Shown here: piece after piece, positions 10,650 to 22,007 of the stretch | Numbering within the stretch: position 1 is the first letter of the stretch | Layout of the letters: each line of letters opens with the position of its first letter | Source: Malacoraja senta | Taxonomy: Eukaryota | DNA length: 64,000 nucleotides | Direction: 5' to 3' | NCBI GenBank assembly: GCA_038087875.1 | Contig: CM075988.1 | Location: forward strand, 4,340,001 to 4,404,000 | Program-made: the position numbers and the translations under genes | Notes under the pieces: generated by a model | Databases searched by the model: none | Told to the model about the DNA's origin: nothing | The model's input: only the letters and a program-made list of their open reading frames with translations

Positions 10650-11505
10650 CCTTCTTTCTGTTCCTCTACCCCCTGAGATCCTCTATCCTCCAGTACTTCT
10701 GGGAGATTGTTTGTGTCTCCCTTAGTGAAGACAGATCCGAAGTACCTCTTCTGCCATTTCCTTGTTCCCCATAATAATTTCACCCGTGTCTGCCTTCAAG
10801 AGACCCACATTTGACATTGCTATTCTTTTTCCCTTAACATATCTAAAGAGGCTTTTACTGTCCTTCTTTATATTCCTGGCCAACTTCCCCTCGTACTTCA
10901 TCTTTTCAGCCCGTATTGCCCGTTTTGTTTCCTTCTGTTGTCCAATGAAAGTTTCCCAATCCTCTGACTTCCGACTACTCTTTGCTGTGTTATACATCTT
11001 TTCTTTTAGTTTTATTCTATCCCTAACGTCTCTTGTCAGCCACGGTTGCCTTCTACTCCCCTTAGAATCTTTCTTCATTTTTGGAATGAAATGATCCTGC
11101 GTCTTCTGGATTATGCCCAGAAATTCCTGCCATTGCTGTTGCACCATCATTCCTGCTAGGATCCCTTTCCAGTCTACCTGGGCCAGCTCCTGTCTCATGC
11201 CTTCATAGTCCCCTTTGTTCAACTGCATCACTGACACTTCTGATTTAACCTTCTCCTTCTCAAATTGCAGATTAAAACTAATCATATTATGATCACTACC
11301 TCCAAGCGGTTCCTTTACCTCGAGTTCTCTTATCAATTCTGGTTCATTGGACAACACTAAATCCAGAATTGCCTTTTCTCTGGTCGGCTCCATTACAAAT
11401 TGCTCTAAGAATCCATCTCGGAGGCATTCTACAAACTCTCTTTCTTGGGGTCCAGAACCAACCTGATTTTCCCAGTCTACCTGCATATTGAAATCCCCCA
11501 TCACC
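10650..11505 (-). mobile_element. CR1 LINE ORF2 fragment (end of AP endonuclease and linker)
   Basis: ORF 10722-11528: VVMGDFN..VDW, PTREKAILDLVL, LGGSDHNMISF, KKDSKSLFRYVKGK. Confidence 0.88.
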
Positions 11506-11626
11506 ACCTCTTCTTGCTCACTTTCCATAAAGTAATTATGTAAAATATCAGTATGGTGCGTGTACTGCTATTACATAGTGCCATATCTTAGTCATAGTGT
11601 CATACAGCATGGAAACAAGCCCTTTG

Positions 11627-11880
11627 GGCAGCATGGTGGCATAGTGGTAGAGTTGCTGCCTTGCAGCGGTTGCAGCTGGGTTCGATCCCGACTACGGGTG
11701 CTGCCTGTATGCATTTCTCCGAGATCTTCGGTTTTCTCCCACACTCCAAAGACGTACAGGTTTGTACGATAATTGGCTTGGTATATGTGTAAATTGTCCC
11801 TAGTGTGTGTAGGATAGTGCGGGGATCGCTGGTCGGTGTGGGCCGAAGGGCCTGTTTCCGCACTGCATCTCTAAACAAAA
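11627..11880 (+). mobile_element. HE1/V-SINE-type SINE
   Basis: tggcatagtgg A-box, ggttcgatccc B-box, core and gggccgaagggcctgtttcc tail. Confidence 0.8.
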
Positions 11881-12331
11881 AAATAAATAAAACATGCTCG
11901 CATCGACCTACATACCCCATCTACGCTAGTCTCAACTCCCTGCATTTGGCCCATCTATACTATTACTAAAACTCTCATCTTGACGACTTCCGGTCTGCGT
12001 TGTAATTACATTTGCACAAAAACGCTACCCTATATCGCTAGGATTTTCCCGTCACCGTACTCACCGTTCTCCTCTGCTCCAAGCCACCAAGTTTTGTTCC
12101 GATCGGTGAAATAATAGAAAAGTTATGAAGGTTTAATAAGTCGCGAGATCAGCAGATTGGTCTTTACGCCTGTCAGTCACCATGAAGGTAAGGCCCCTTC
12201 CGGGGGTGTGGAGAATAAAGCCCCGGAGGCAGGGCGTGAGTCAGTCAGCCCGGAAGCCATGAGTGAGAGTTGAGTCCAGAACTGTGAGTCCACCAGCCGT
12301 TCGTGAGTGTACTGTGAGTCTAGAAGCTGTG

Positions 12332-12475
12332 GCTCAGTCCAGAGGTCGCGCTCAGTCTGGAGGTCACACTCAGTCCAGAAGTCGCACTCAGTGCAGAGGT
12401 TGCCCTCAGTCCAGAGGTCGCACTCAGTCCAGAGGTCGGACCTGCGTCCAGAAGTGGTGCTCAGTCCAGAAGTCG
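12332..12475 (+). repeat. 18-bp tandem repeat (ctcagtccagaggtcgca)
   Basis: About 7-8 diverged units seen directly. Confidence 0.85.
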
Positions 12476-12518
12476 GGCATGAGTATAGTCAAGAGAGTTT
12501 TACTGGCATATGTCCCGG

Positions 12519-13285
12519 ATGTGTGTGTGTGATGGAGGGTGTGTGTGTGTGAGTGTGTGTGAGTGTGTGAGAGATGGAGGGTGTGTGTGTGTGTGAGTGT
12601 GAATGTGTGTGCATGAGAGAGATGGAGGGTGTGTGTGTTTGTGTGTGTGATGGAGGGTGTGTGTGTGTGCATGTGTGTGTGTGTTAGATGGAGGGTCTGT
12701 GTGAGTGTGGGTGTATGTGTGTGAGATGGAGTGTGTGTGAGAGAGAGATGGAGTGTGTGTGTGTGAGATGGAGGGTGTGTGTGATAGAGTGTGTGTGTGT
12801 GATGGAGTGTGTGTGTGTGTGAGATGGAGGGTGTGTGTGATAGAGTGTGTTTGTGAGATGGAGGGTGTGTGTGTGCGAGGTCGAGGGTGTCAGTGTGTGC
12901 GTGTGTGTGAGTGTGTGTGTGCGTGAGATGGAGGGTGTGTGCGTGAGATGGAGGGCGTGAGGGTGTGTATGTGTGTGATGGAGGGTGTGTGTGTGAGTGA
13001 GTGAGATGGAGGGTGTGAGTGCGTGACAGTGAGATGGAGGATGTGAGTGTGTGAGTGTGTGTGTGTGAGATGGAGGGTGTGCATGTGAGTAAAATGGAGG
13101 GTGTATGTGTGAGTGAGATGGAGGGTGTGAGTGTGTGTATGTGTGAGTGAGATGGAGCGTGTGTGTGTGTGTGAGATAGAGGGTGTGTGTGTGTATGAGA
13201 TGGTGTGTGTGTCAGATGGAGTGTGTATGTGATGGAGGGTGTGTGTGTGCGATGAAGTGTGTGTGTGTGTGTGTGTGTGTGATGG
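12519..13285 (+). repeat. Compound (GT)n / gatggagg microsatellite array
   Basis: Repeated gatggagggtgtgtgt units. Confidence 0.95.
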
Positions 13286-13801
13286 ATGAGTCCACCAGCC
13301 GTGAGTGAGTGAACTGTGAGTCCACCAGCCGTGAGCGACTGAACTGTGAGTCCACCAGCCGTGAGTGAGTGAAATGTGAGTCCACCAGCCATGAGTGACT
13401 GAACTGTGAGTCCACCAGCCGTGAGTGAGTGAACGGTGTGTCCACCTGCCGTGAATGAGTGTACGGTGAGTCCACCAGCCATGAGTGAGTGAACGGTGAG
13501 TGCACCAGCCATGAGTGAGTGAACTGTGAGTCCACCAGCAATGAGTGAGTGATCTGTGAGTCCACCAGCCGTGAGTGAGTGGACTGTGAGTCCACCAGCC
13601 GTGAGTGACTGAACTGTGAGTGCACCAGCCGTGAGTGACTGAAATGTGAGTCCACCAGCCATGTTGACAAAACTGTGAGTCCACCAGCCGTGAGTGACTG
13701 AACTGTGAGTTCATCAGCCGTGAGTGACTGAAATGTGAGTCCACCAGCCATGTTGACAGAACTGTGAGTCCACCAGCCGTGAGTGACTGAACTGTGAGTC
13801 C
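13286..13801 (+). repeat. 30-bp minisatellite (gtgagtccaccagccgtgagtgagtgaact)
   Basis: About 17 head-to-tail units; a similar unit occurs at ~12281-12320. Confidence 0.95.
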
Positions 13802-14292
13802 AAGAATCCATTCGGCCCACAATGTCCATACTAGCCCTATGGAAACCAGTCCCTTCAGCCCACAACACCCATATTAGTGCTCCAGAACCCCCCCCCCCCC
13901 CCCCCGACTGGCCACCAATATTGGAATTGGTGGAGAGGTGGAATATTGCATTGGGGGACTAGCCCTCCCGTATGAGAATGGGACCCAACGGGTCCCACTT
14001 AGTCTAGTATACCTCTAAACCTGTCCTAACTCTTTCTCTCCCTCTCCCCTGACTCTCCATTTGAAGATGGGCCTTGACCTGAAACATCTCATGTTCCTTT
14101 TCTCCAGAGATGCTGTCTGACCCGCTGAGTTACTCCAGCAATTTGAATCTATCAAATATTTTTTAATCAGTGTGTTGTGTATATTATGTTAGAATATCCT
14201 GCATACACTATCTGTGTGTGGTATATTTATCTTACATTTGTATTGCATGTGTGAATATAATGCATCTATCACCTGTATGCAGAATGTATTGG

Positions 14293-14615
14293 TTTAGTTT
14301 AGTTTAGTTTAGAGATACAGCATGACCACAGGTCCTTTGACCCACAGATTCCACGCATACAATCGATCATCAATACACAATGGTTCTATGTTATCCCACT
14401 TTCCCATTTTCTACACAGCAGCAGCAATTTACAAAAGGCCAATTAACCTACGAACCCACACGTCTTTGGGATGTGGGATGAAACCAGAGCACTTGGAGGA
14501 AACCCACGCAGCGACGGGGAGAACATGCAAACTCCACACAGACAGCACCTGAGGTCAGGATCGAACCTGGGTCTCTGATGCAGTGAGGCAGCAGCTCTAC
14601 CACTGTGCCGCCACT
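14293..14615 (-). mobile_element. HE1/V-SINE-type SINE
   Basis: Full-length reverse copy with (taaac)n tail. Confidence 0.85.
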
Positions 14616-16185
14616 GTGGTGTACATACAGTCAGTGAATAGTTTACACACAGTCTGGGTACAGTGTACATAACAATAATTTGTCATTGCCATGTGTTTTC
14701 TTCTAAAATTGCTTTTGCAAGATGGAGGAAGTGCAATATATTACATGCTCATATGCATTATTCTTCGGAGCGAGGACGTTTTGAAACCTCTGATGTGCAA
14801 TATTTACTGGGCTTCAGTATGAATAAAGTAGTAAGTACCTTGGCAAGTCTACAAGTGAGTCACTTTCTCAGTAGGTGCATTCAATATTGCTATTACACCA
14901 AGCTCATCGGGAGTTTCCTCAAATAACCCGGTTACTCAGGCTGAATTGGATTAGTTCCATCATCAGTGAGGATATTTCTCAAATTAAGAGCCATTCCACA
15001 GACATATCTATCTCTTATTTGTCAGAGCAGCCTCAGCCAGCTGCCAAAGGAAGGGAGAGATGCCGGAGAAGGTGGTGAGACTCAGGTGAAGGAAGTTGAA
15101 TAGGATAAGGGGAAGCACAAACCACTTTCAGCTGGCAACTCTGTTGTTCAATATGCAGCAATGAAGTCATTCTCCGGCGCGGTTATTTACTTTCGTCCAA
15201 GTGCGATCAAGGACATTGAGAATAGATTGAATGTCTTGATGAAAAAGGAGCGGTGTGTTATGACTGTGCACGGTTACAATATTAAGGACAGACTAACTTC
15301 CGAAAGTCAAAACACCGCAATAAAAGACGGATGTCCAATCTCTCCTGAAGTTTAACTATAATTACAAGAAAGGCAGAATAGTATCACAGGGTTTACTAAT
15401 CTATCCGTGATGGATTGTCAATGTGCTGCCCATTAATATCACCGCTAGTGGAGTCTGGATGACTTCTAAAGAAAATCAAGCCACGGCTTGTGACAAAATT
15501 ATGACGTGAAAAGAGTAAATGCTGTAAACACTGCATTAGGAGTTTGATTAAAGTGGAATTCATACCCGAGGAGAGAGTGGTATCTGTCGTTCAACTATGG
15601 AGATATAAATAACAGAGCTGAAATGCTTCAGGTCAGTGAGGATCATAAGCTCAGAATCAGATGGAATCAAAGGGAATCATACCGCACGGAAACAGACCCT
15701 GCAGCCCAATGAGACCATATCAACCATCAACTACCCGTTTGCTGGAAATACTACTTTATTCCCACAGTGTCTCATCTTCTCCTCCCACCGACTAGATTCT
15801 ACCACTCACCCGCACGCACAACCGTGTTTGATATTTAACCACAATACACTTGGGACAGAAACTGGCATTTGTGAATGAATAAGATGTGTTTACAGGGCTG
15901 AAGAGGATCATTTATATCTGAGAATTTGATCCTGAATATATTAGAGTGCATTTAAGAGGTTTGTAATATTTTGGAAATGCAACTCATGGGTAATTGAGAC
16001 ATGATTTGTGACAAGTATTTCATAACTGGGAGGAACAGATGCTTTGGACAAGATGATCTCCTCCACTCGATTATTTCTCCCCTTGGGTTTAGTTCTTTTA
16101 AGTCTATTTGTGGAGACTGATTGCCAGAAATACTCAACAGTTAACTCCCAAGTAAGATGAAAGCAAACAAGATGGCCTAGAACTT

Positions 16186-16400
16186 ATGTGTAGGAAGGAA
16201 CTGCAGATGCTGGTTTAAACCGAAGATAGACACAAAATGCTGGAGTAACTCAGCGGGTCAGACAGCATCTCTGGAGAAAAGAAATAGGTGACGTTTCGGG
16301 TCTGAAGAAGGGTCTCGACCCGAAATGTCACCTATTCCTCTTCTCCAGAGATGCTGTCTGACCCGCTGAGTTACTCCAGTTTTTTGATTCTATATTTGGG
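16186..16400. mobile_element. Foldback Penelope-derived repeat with central hammerhead-like core
   Basis: Arms ctggagtaactcagcgggtcagacagcatctctggaga / tctccagagatgctgtctgacccgctgagttactccag around ctgaagaagggtctcgacccgaaatgtc. Confidence 0.75.
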
Positions 16401-16726
16401 CAATAACTTAAGGTCAGTCGTGTTCTTGAATAAACAATATTTTGTTAATGGATGAATTATTTAATTGTACACGCAGTATCAAAAAGCAAACTGTGCATGC
16501 AGGACAGTGCAAAACTATTAAGCCAAATGGCACTTGGAATTTAGTTAGCGTCGAATTCAGTCCCAAGGAGAAGGTGGAATCCATGGGGAAACATTAAATA
16601 CCATAGAAAATGTGAATTATTGATTAAATGAAATGGGACTTACTGCACCAAGCAAACTATTGAGTCTGCTGAGACACATTGCCTGGGATTCCCATGAACT
16701 CCAGAATAAGAAAGGATGCAGGACTT

Positions 16727-17033
16727 TGGTTTGGAGTTACATCACGGAAACAGGCCCTTCGGCCCATCGAGTCCGTGCCGACCAGCAATGCCCGCACATT
16801 AACACTATCCTACACACACACACACTAGGGACAATTTACAATTCTACCACGCCAATTAACCTACAAACCTGTACGTCTTTGGAGTGTGGGAGGAAACTGG
16901 GGCACCTGAAGAGAACCACGAAGTCACGGGGAGAATGTAAAACTCGGTACAGATAAGCACCCGTAGTAAGGATTGAACCCGGGTCTCTGGTGCTGTAAGG
17001 CAGCAACTCTACCGCTGCATCACTGTGCCGCCC
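16727..17033 (-). mobile_element. HE1/V-SINE-type SINE
   Basis: Full-length reverse copy. Confidence 0.85.
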
Positions 17034-17779
17034 TTAGTTTGTGTGGCTGAGGAAACAACTTGAATCATTGCAGATTTGAATATTAGATTAGCAATAAGCA
17101 TATTTCGCTGCACAAAATAATGTTTTTTAATACCCTTTATATGAACGCTGGGGGTATTAGGTGTTAGAAGTGGATTTATTAGCTGCTATTCAAAATATTT
17201 GTATCTGGGAGCTCTGCCTCAATATTAGCGCTTACAACATAGAATATCGAATACAGATGCTGTATCCCCAGGAACCTCCACCACCCCCCCCCATCTAATT
17301 TCAGTCCGAAGAAGGATTCCGACCCAAAATGTCACCGGTCCTTTTTCTCCAGAGATGCTGCCTGACCTGCTGGGTTACTCCAGCATTTTGTGTCGTTCTT
17401 CAGTATAAACCAGTATCTGCAGTTCTTTCCAACACATAGAACAGCACAGCACAGGAACAGGCCCTTCAGCCCACAATATTTGTGTTGAACATGATTCCAA
17501 GTAAAACTGATCTCATCTGATTGTGCATGATCTATAACGCATTATTCCTTGCACTTCCCTATCTAAAAGCCTCTTAAACCCCACAAACATATCTGACTCC
17601 ACCACTACCCCAGGTAATACTTTCCAGGCCCCCACTATACTCCACGTATAAAACTTGCCCCGCACAACTCCATTAAACTCTCCCCCTCTCCCCTTATAAC
17701 TACTCTATGCCCTTTATTATTGGACATTTCCACCCTGGGAAAAAGGTCTGACTGTCTACCCTATCTGTATGAACCTTGA

Positions 17780-18098
17780 TTTAGTTTCGTTTCGTTTTGA
17801 GATACAGCATGAAAACAGGCCCTTTGGCCCACCGAGCACATGCCGACCATCGATCACCCCTTCACACTAGTTCCATGTTATCCATCTTTCCCCACATACT
17901 AGGAGCAATTTACAGAGTCCATTTAACCTATAAACTCACACGTGTTTGAGATGCGAGAAGAAAACGGAGCTCCCGGAGGAAACCCACGCATCACAGGGAG
18001 AGCATGTAAACTCCGCACAGACCGCACCCGAGGTCAGAATCAAACTCAGGTCCATGGCGCTGTGAGGCAGCAGCTGTACCAGCTGTGGCACTGTGCTA
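17780..18098 (-). mobile_element. HE1/V-SINE-type SINE
   Basis: Full-length reverse copy. Confidence 0.85.
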
Positions 18099-18341
18099 TA
18101 CTGCTGCATCCATTGAGTTGACAGGGTGCGTACATGGGGGCAGGACAAGAGTGAATATCTACTCTGCTGTTTATCGGGGAGAATGTTACAGACTGACAGT
18201 AGGTTTGAAGGGAAGCACATTTGAGGAAAAGGTTGTGATTATTGTAACGAATACTATGAATGCTACGAGTTTAGAAGGATGAGGGGTCCCCGATTGAAAC
18301 TTACCGAAGAGTGAATGGCCTGGACAGAGTCGATGTGGAGA

Positions 18342-18652
18342 GGCAGCATGGTGGCGCAGTGGTAGAGCTGCTACCTCACAGCACCAGATTCAATCACGTC
18401 TAAGGGCGCTGTCTGTATGGAGTTTGAACTTTCTCCCCGTGACCTGTGTTGATTTCCTCCGAGGTCTTCGGTTTCCTCCCACACTCCACAGACGCACAGG
18501 TCTGTAGGTTAATTGGCTTGGTGTGTGTGTGTAAATTGTCCCTTGTTTGTGTAGGATAGTGTTAATGTGTGCGGGGATCGCTGGTCGGTGCGGACTCGGT
18601 GGAACGAAGGGTCTGTTTCCGCGCTGTATCCCTAAACTAAACTAAACTAAAC
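18342..18652 (+). mobile_element. HE1/V-SINE-type SINE inserted in a CR1 3' fragment (18265-18958)
   Basis: Head, core and (taaac)n tail; CR1 sequence continues on both sides. Confidence 0.85.
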
Positions 18653-19019
18653 CAGTGGGAAACCACAAGGCCATGACCTCAGAATAAAAGGACGTACCTT
18701 TAGAAAGAAGAAGAGGATGAATTTCTTTAGTCAGAGGGCGGTGAATCGGTGGAATTCATTGCCACAGACAGCTGTGAAGGCCAAATCATTGGGCATTTTT
18801 AAGGCGCAGTTTGACGGATCCTCTATTAGTAAGGGTGTCAGGGTTCATGGGGAGCATGCAGGAGAATGGGGTTGAGAGGGAAAGATAGATGTCATGATTG
18901 AATAGTGGACTTGATAGGCAGATTGGCTTAATTCTGCTCCTATAACTCATGGGCTTATGTTCCTTTGATTTTAAAAAATGATAAGAAATTGAAGGATACT
19001 CAGCTTAATAGGGAGATGA

Positions 19020-19320
19020 CAACACGGTGGTGTACCTGGTCAAGCTGCTGCCTCACAGCCCCAGAGGCTCAGGTTCGATACTGACTTTGGTTGCTATCTG
19101 TGTGGAGTTCGCATGTTATCCTTGTGACCCCTTCCATGTCCTCTAGTTTCCACCCACATCCCAATGACGTGCGGGTTTGTAGGTTAATTGGCCTCTGTAC
19201 ATTGTTTGCTAGAGTGTAGGGAGTGAGTGAGACAGTGGGATAAGGTAGAACTGGTGAGAACGGGTGATCTATGGTTGGCGTGTCTGTCTCCATGCTGTAT
19301 CTTTCACTCAATCAATCAAT
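19020..19320 (+). mobile_element. HE1/V-SINE-type SINE (diverged)
   Basis: ggttcgatactgac B-box and core. Confidence 0.75.
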
Positions 19321-19844
19321 TAAAAACTAGAAAGTTAATTATAATAAGTATATTTGAACAAGTGACGTCAAATCTCAGGTAAGGATGAGGAACAGTAAAA
19401 ATCTTATTTGTAACACCAAACCAAATTCCATATAAGGACAGGTCGCACCCTGGACACTCCCTCTTCTCTCCTCTCCCATGAGTGAAAACGCACGCCACCA
19501 GATTCGGGAACAGTTTCTTCCCAGCTGTTATCGGGCAACTGAATCATCCTACCACAACCAGAGAGCAGTGCTGAACTACTATCTACCTCTTTGTTGACCC
19601 TCAGACTATCCTTGATCAGACTTTACTGGCTTAACCTTGCACTAAATGTCATTCCCTTATCATGTATCTATACACAATAAATGGCTCAATTGTAATCATG
19701 TATTGCCTTTCTACTGACTGGTTAGCAAGCAACAGAAGCTTTTCACTGTACATGTGACAATAAACTAAACTAAACTAAATTAAGCAGGCACAGTGAAATG
19801 GGAAGTTTATTTCACTAATGCCACAATTCTGGACTCACTTTGAG

Positions 19845-20351
19845 CCCCACCGCGGGGCCGTGGACTTACCATCGGAGCTGATCCCTTGCCTGGGATCGAC
19901 ACTCCAACTGCGGCCTGCGGATTTCAACATCGCGGAGCTCGCAGTCTCGGGTTGAAACCGAGTCGGGAAGCTCCAACGATGCAAAAGCTTTGACTAGCCC
20001 TGACCCGGGGTCCGATCGCCCGGCGCAGGGAGTTGAGATACCCCCAATGCAAGAGGTTGATCGTCCCGACACAGAGGGCCCAATCGCTGGCTATGGGTGC
20101 CAATATTATCCCGTCATCAGAAGGCTCGAGGCCTCCGACCACGGGAGAACAAAGAAGGGAAGAGATTGAACTTATTTTTCACCTTCCATCACAGTGAGGA
20201 ATGTGGAGGAGTCACTGTGGTGGATGTTTATATTAAAATGTATTTTGTGTGTCCTGTTGCTTTTTATCGGTATGACTGAATGGCAAATCAAATTCCTCAT
20301 GTGGTGCAAAACATACTTGGCTAATAAAGTATGATTATGATTATGATTATA
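19845..20351 (+). mobile_element. GC-rich retroposon ending in a LINE-type 3' tail (related copies at 41060-41650 + and 35230-35485 -)
   Basis: Shared ccttccatcacagtgaggaatgtggagg...ggctaataaa followed by a short tandem tail. Confidence 0.6.
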
Positions 20352-20870
20352 AAGTGCTGGGGAGTAATTCGGAGAAAGTCAGGATAGGCTGTGGGCGGTG
20401 ATATAACAGTGCTAACTGAATAATTTTCAGTTGTGCAATATTGGAAACGACACCAAGGTATCAGTGCTTGATGACAGAAGTGTCATCAGAACCAATTTCA
20501 TGGAATAACTGCATCCATGCAAACTAATCATTACCAGCCATACTAATCATACAATCCACTTGAAGTTAATTGGGCAGATGGTGTGATGATATTTATCCCA
20601 GAGTACAGAGCAAAATGGAAGATGCCTTACAGGAGCTAATGACTTATAAATGATCTCAAGATTACAGGACACTTAGAGTTGCTAAAGGCCATTCTGCAGC
20701 TCTTAATTCATAACTCCAAATAATAGTCGAACATAAAGCATAGAGCAGTACAGCACAGGAACAGGCGCCTCAACACACAATATCTGTGCCACCAGTATGC
20801 GATTAATCTAATCTCCAATGCCCACATGTCATCTATACATCTCTATTCCCTACAATTAAAAAATAATAAT

Positions 20871-21155
20871 AACAGCGCAGAAACAGGCCTTTCGGCCCGC
20901 CGAGTTAGCCCCATCCAGTCCTGCTCACAAACACTATCCTACACTTGGGACAATTTTGACATCTATATCAAGCCAATTAACCTACGAACCTGTACGTCTT
21001 TGGAGTGTGAGAGGAAACCGAAGATCTCAGAGGAAACCCACACGGTCACGGGGAGAACGTACAAACTCTGTACAGACAGGCACCCGTAGCCAGGATCAAA
21101 CCCGGTTTCTAGCGCTGTAAGGCAGCAACTCCACTGTTGTGCCTTCGTGCCACCC
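20871..21155 (-). mobile_element. HE1/V-SINE-type SINE
   Basis: Reverse copy with core and head. Confidence 0.8.
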
Positions 21156-21628
21156 TACATATTCAATTGCATATCTAAACATTTCTTAAATGCCACTATT
21201 GTTCTTTGTTTCCACCACCACCCCTAGCAATGTGTTCCACGGCCCACCTCACTCTGTGTATAAAAACGTGCCCAGCACATCTTCTTTAAACATCCCCACT
21301 CTGATCTTGAATCTACGGGCTCTACTCTTTAACATTTCCACCGCACAAGATAGGTTCTGAATGTATCTGGGCCTCCCCAAAATTGTATAAACCTCTATCC
21401 CTCCCCTCAACCTCCAACACTTCAGAGAAAACAATCCAGGTTTGTTCAACCCCTTTTGTACAGCTAATATCCAGTCAACATTCTGATAAACTTCTTCTGC
21501 ACTCTCTCCACATTCCTCCTGCAACAGGGCGATCAGAATTGCATATAATTCTCTAGATACGGTCTGTCATACAGTAGAGCTGCATCATGACATCCTGACT
21601 CTTGCAACCAATGCCTGGACAGATGAAG

Positions 21629-21905
21629 GTGAGCACAGTGGCGCAGTGGTAGAGTTGCTGCCTAACAGCAACAGAGACCCGAGTTTGATTCTGACTACGA
21701 GCGCTGTCTGTAGGTGTTCCTTGTGACCACATAGGTTTTCTCTGGATGCTCTGGTTTCCTCCCATAATCCAAAGACGTACAGATTTGTGGGTTAAGTGGC
21801 TTCTGTAAATTGTCCCTATGGTGTAGGATAGAACTAGTATATGGGGTGATTGCTGGCTGGCCTGGGCTCAGTGGGCCAAGGGGCCGGTTTCCATGCTTAA
21901 TATAC
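21629..21905 (+). mobile_element. HE1/V-SINE-type SINE
   Basis: gtggcgcagtggtagagttgctgcc head and core. Confidence 0.8.
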
Positions 21906-22007
21906 CACATGCCTTTTTTATCACTCTTTCTACTTGTGTTGCCACTTTCAGGGACCTATGGACCTGGACCCGGACCCCGAGATCCTTCCGTACATCAATG
22001 CTGTAAA

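Larger units (their letters stand above)
11954..14007 (+). mobile_element. Non-autonomous Helitron carrying tandem repeats
   Basis: 5' TC (TCTATACTAT), 3' CTAG preceded by hairpin tgggaccc-aac-gggtccca (13979-13997); inserted between A and T with no TSD; flanks rejoin as tttggccca|tatacctctaaacc. Confidence 0.85.

Noticed and set aside
13286..13801. CRISPR-like regular 30-bp periodicity
   Set aside because: Units are head-to-tail with no unique spacers, there are no cas genes, and the context is eukaryotic
12424..13868. Long ORFs (412, 310 and 218 aa) rich in His/Thr
   Set aside because: Translations of microsatellite and minisatellite arrays inside the Helitron
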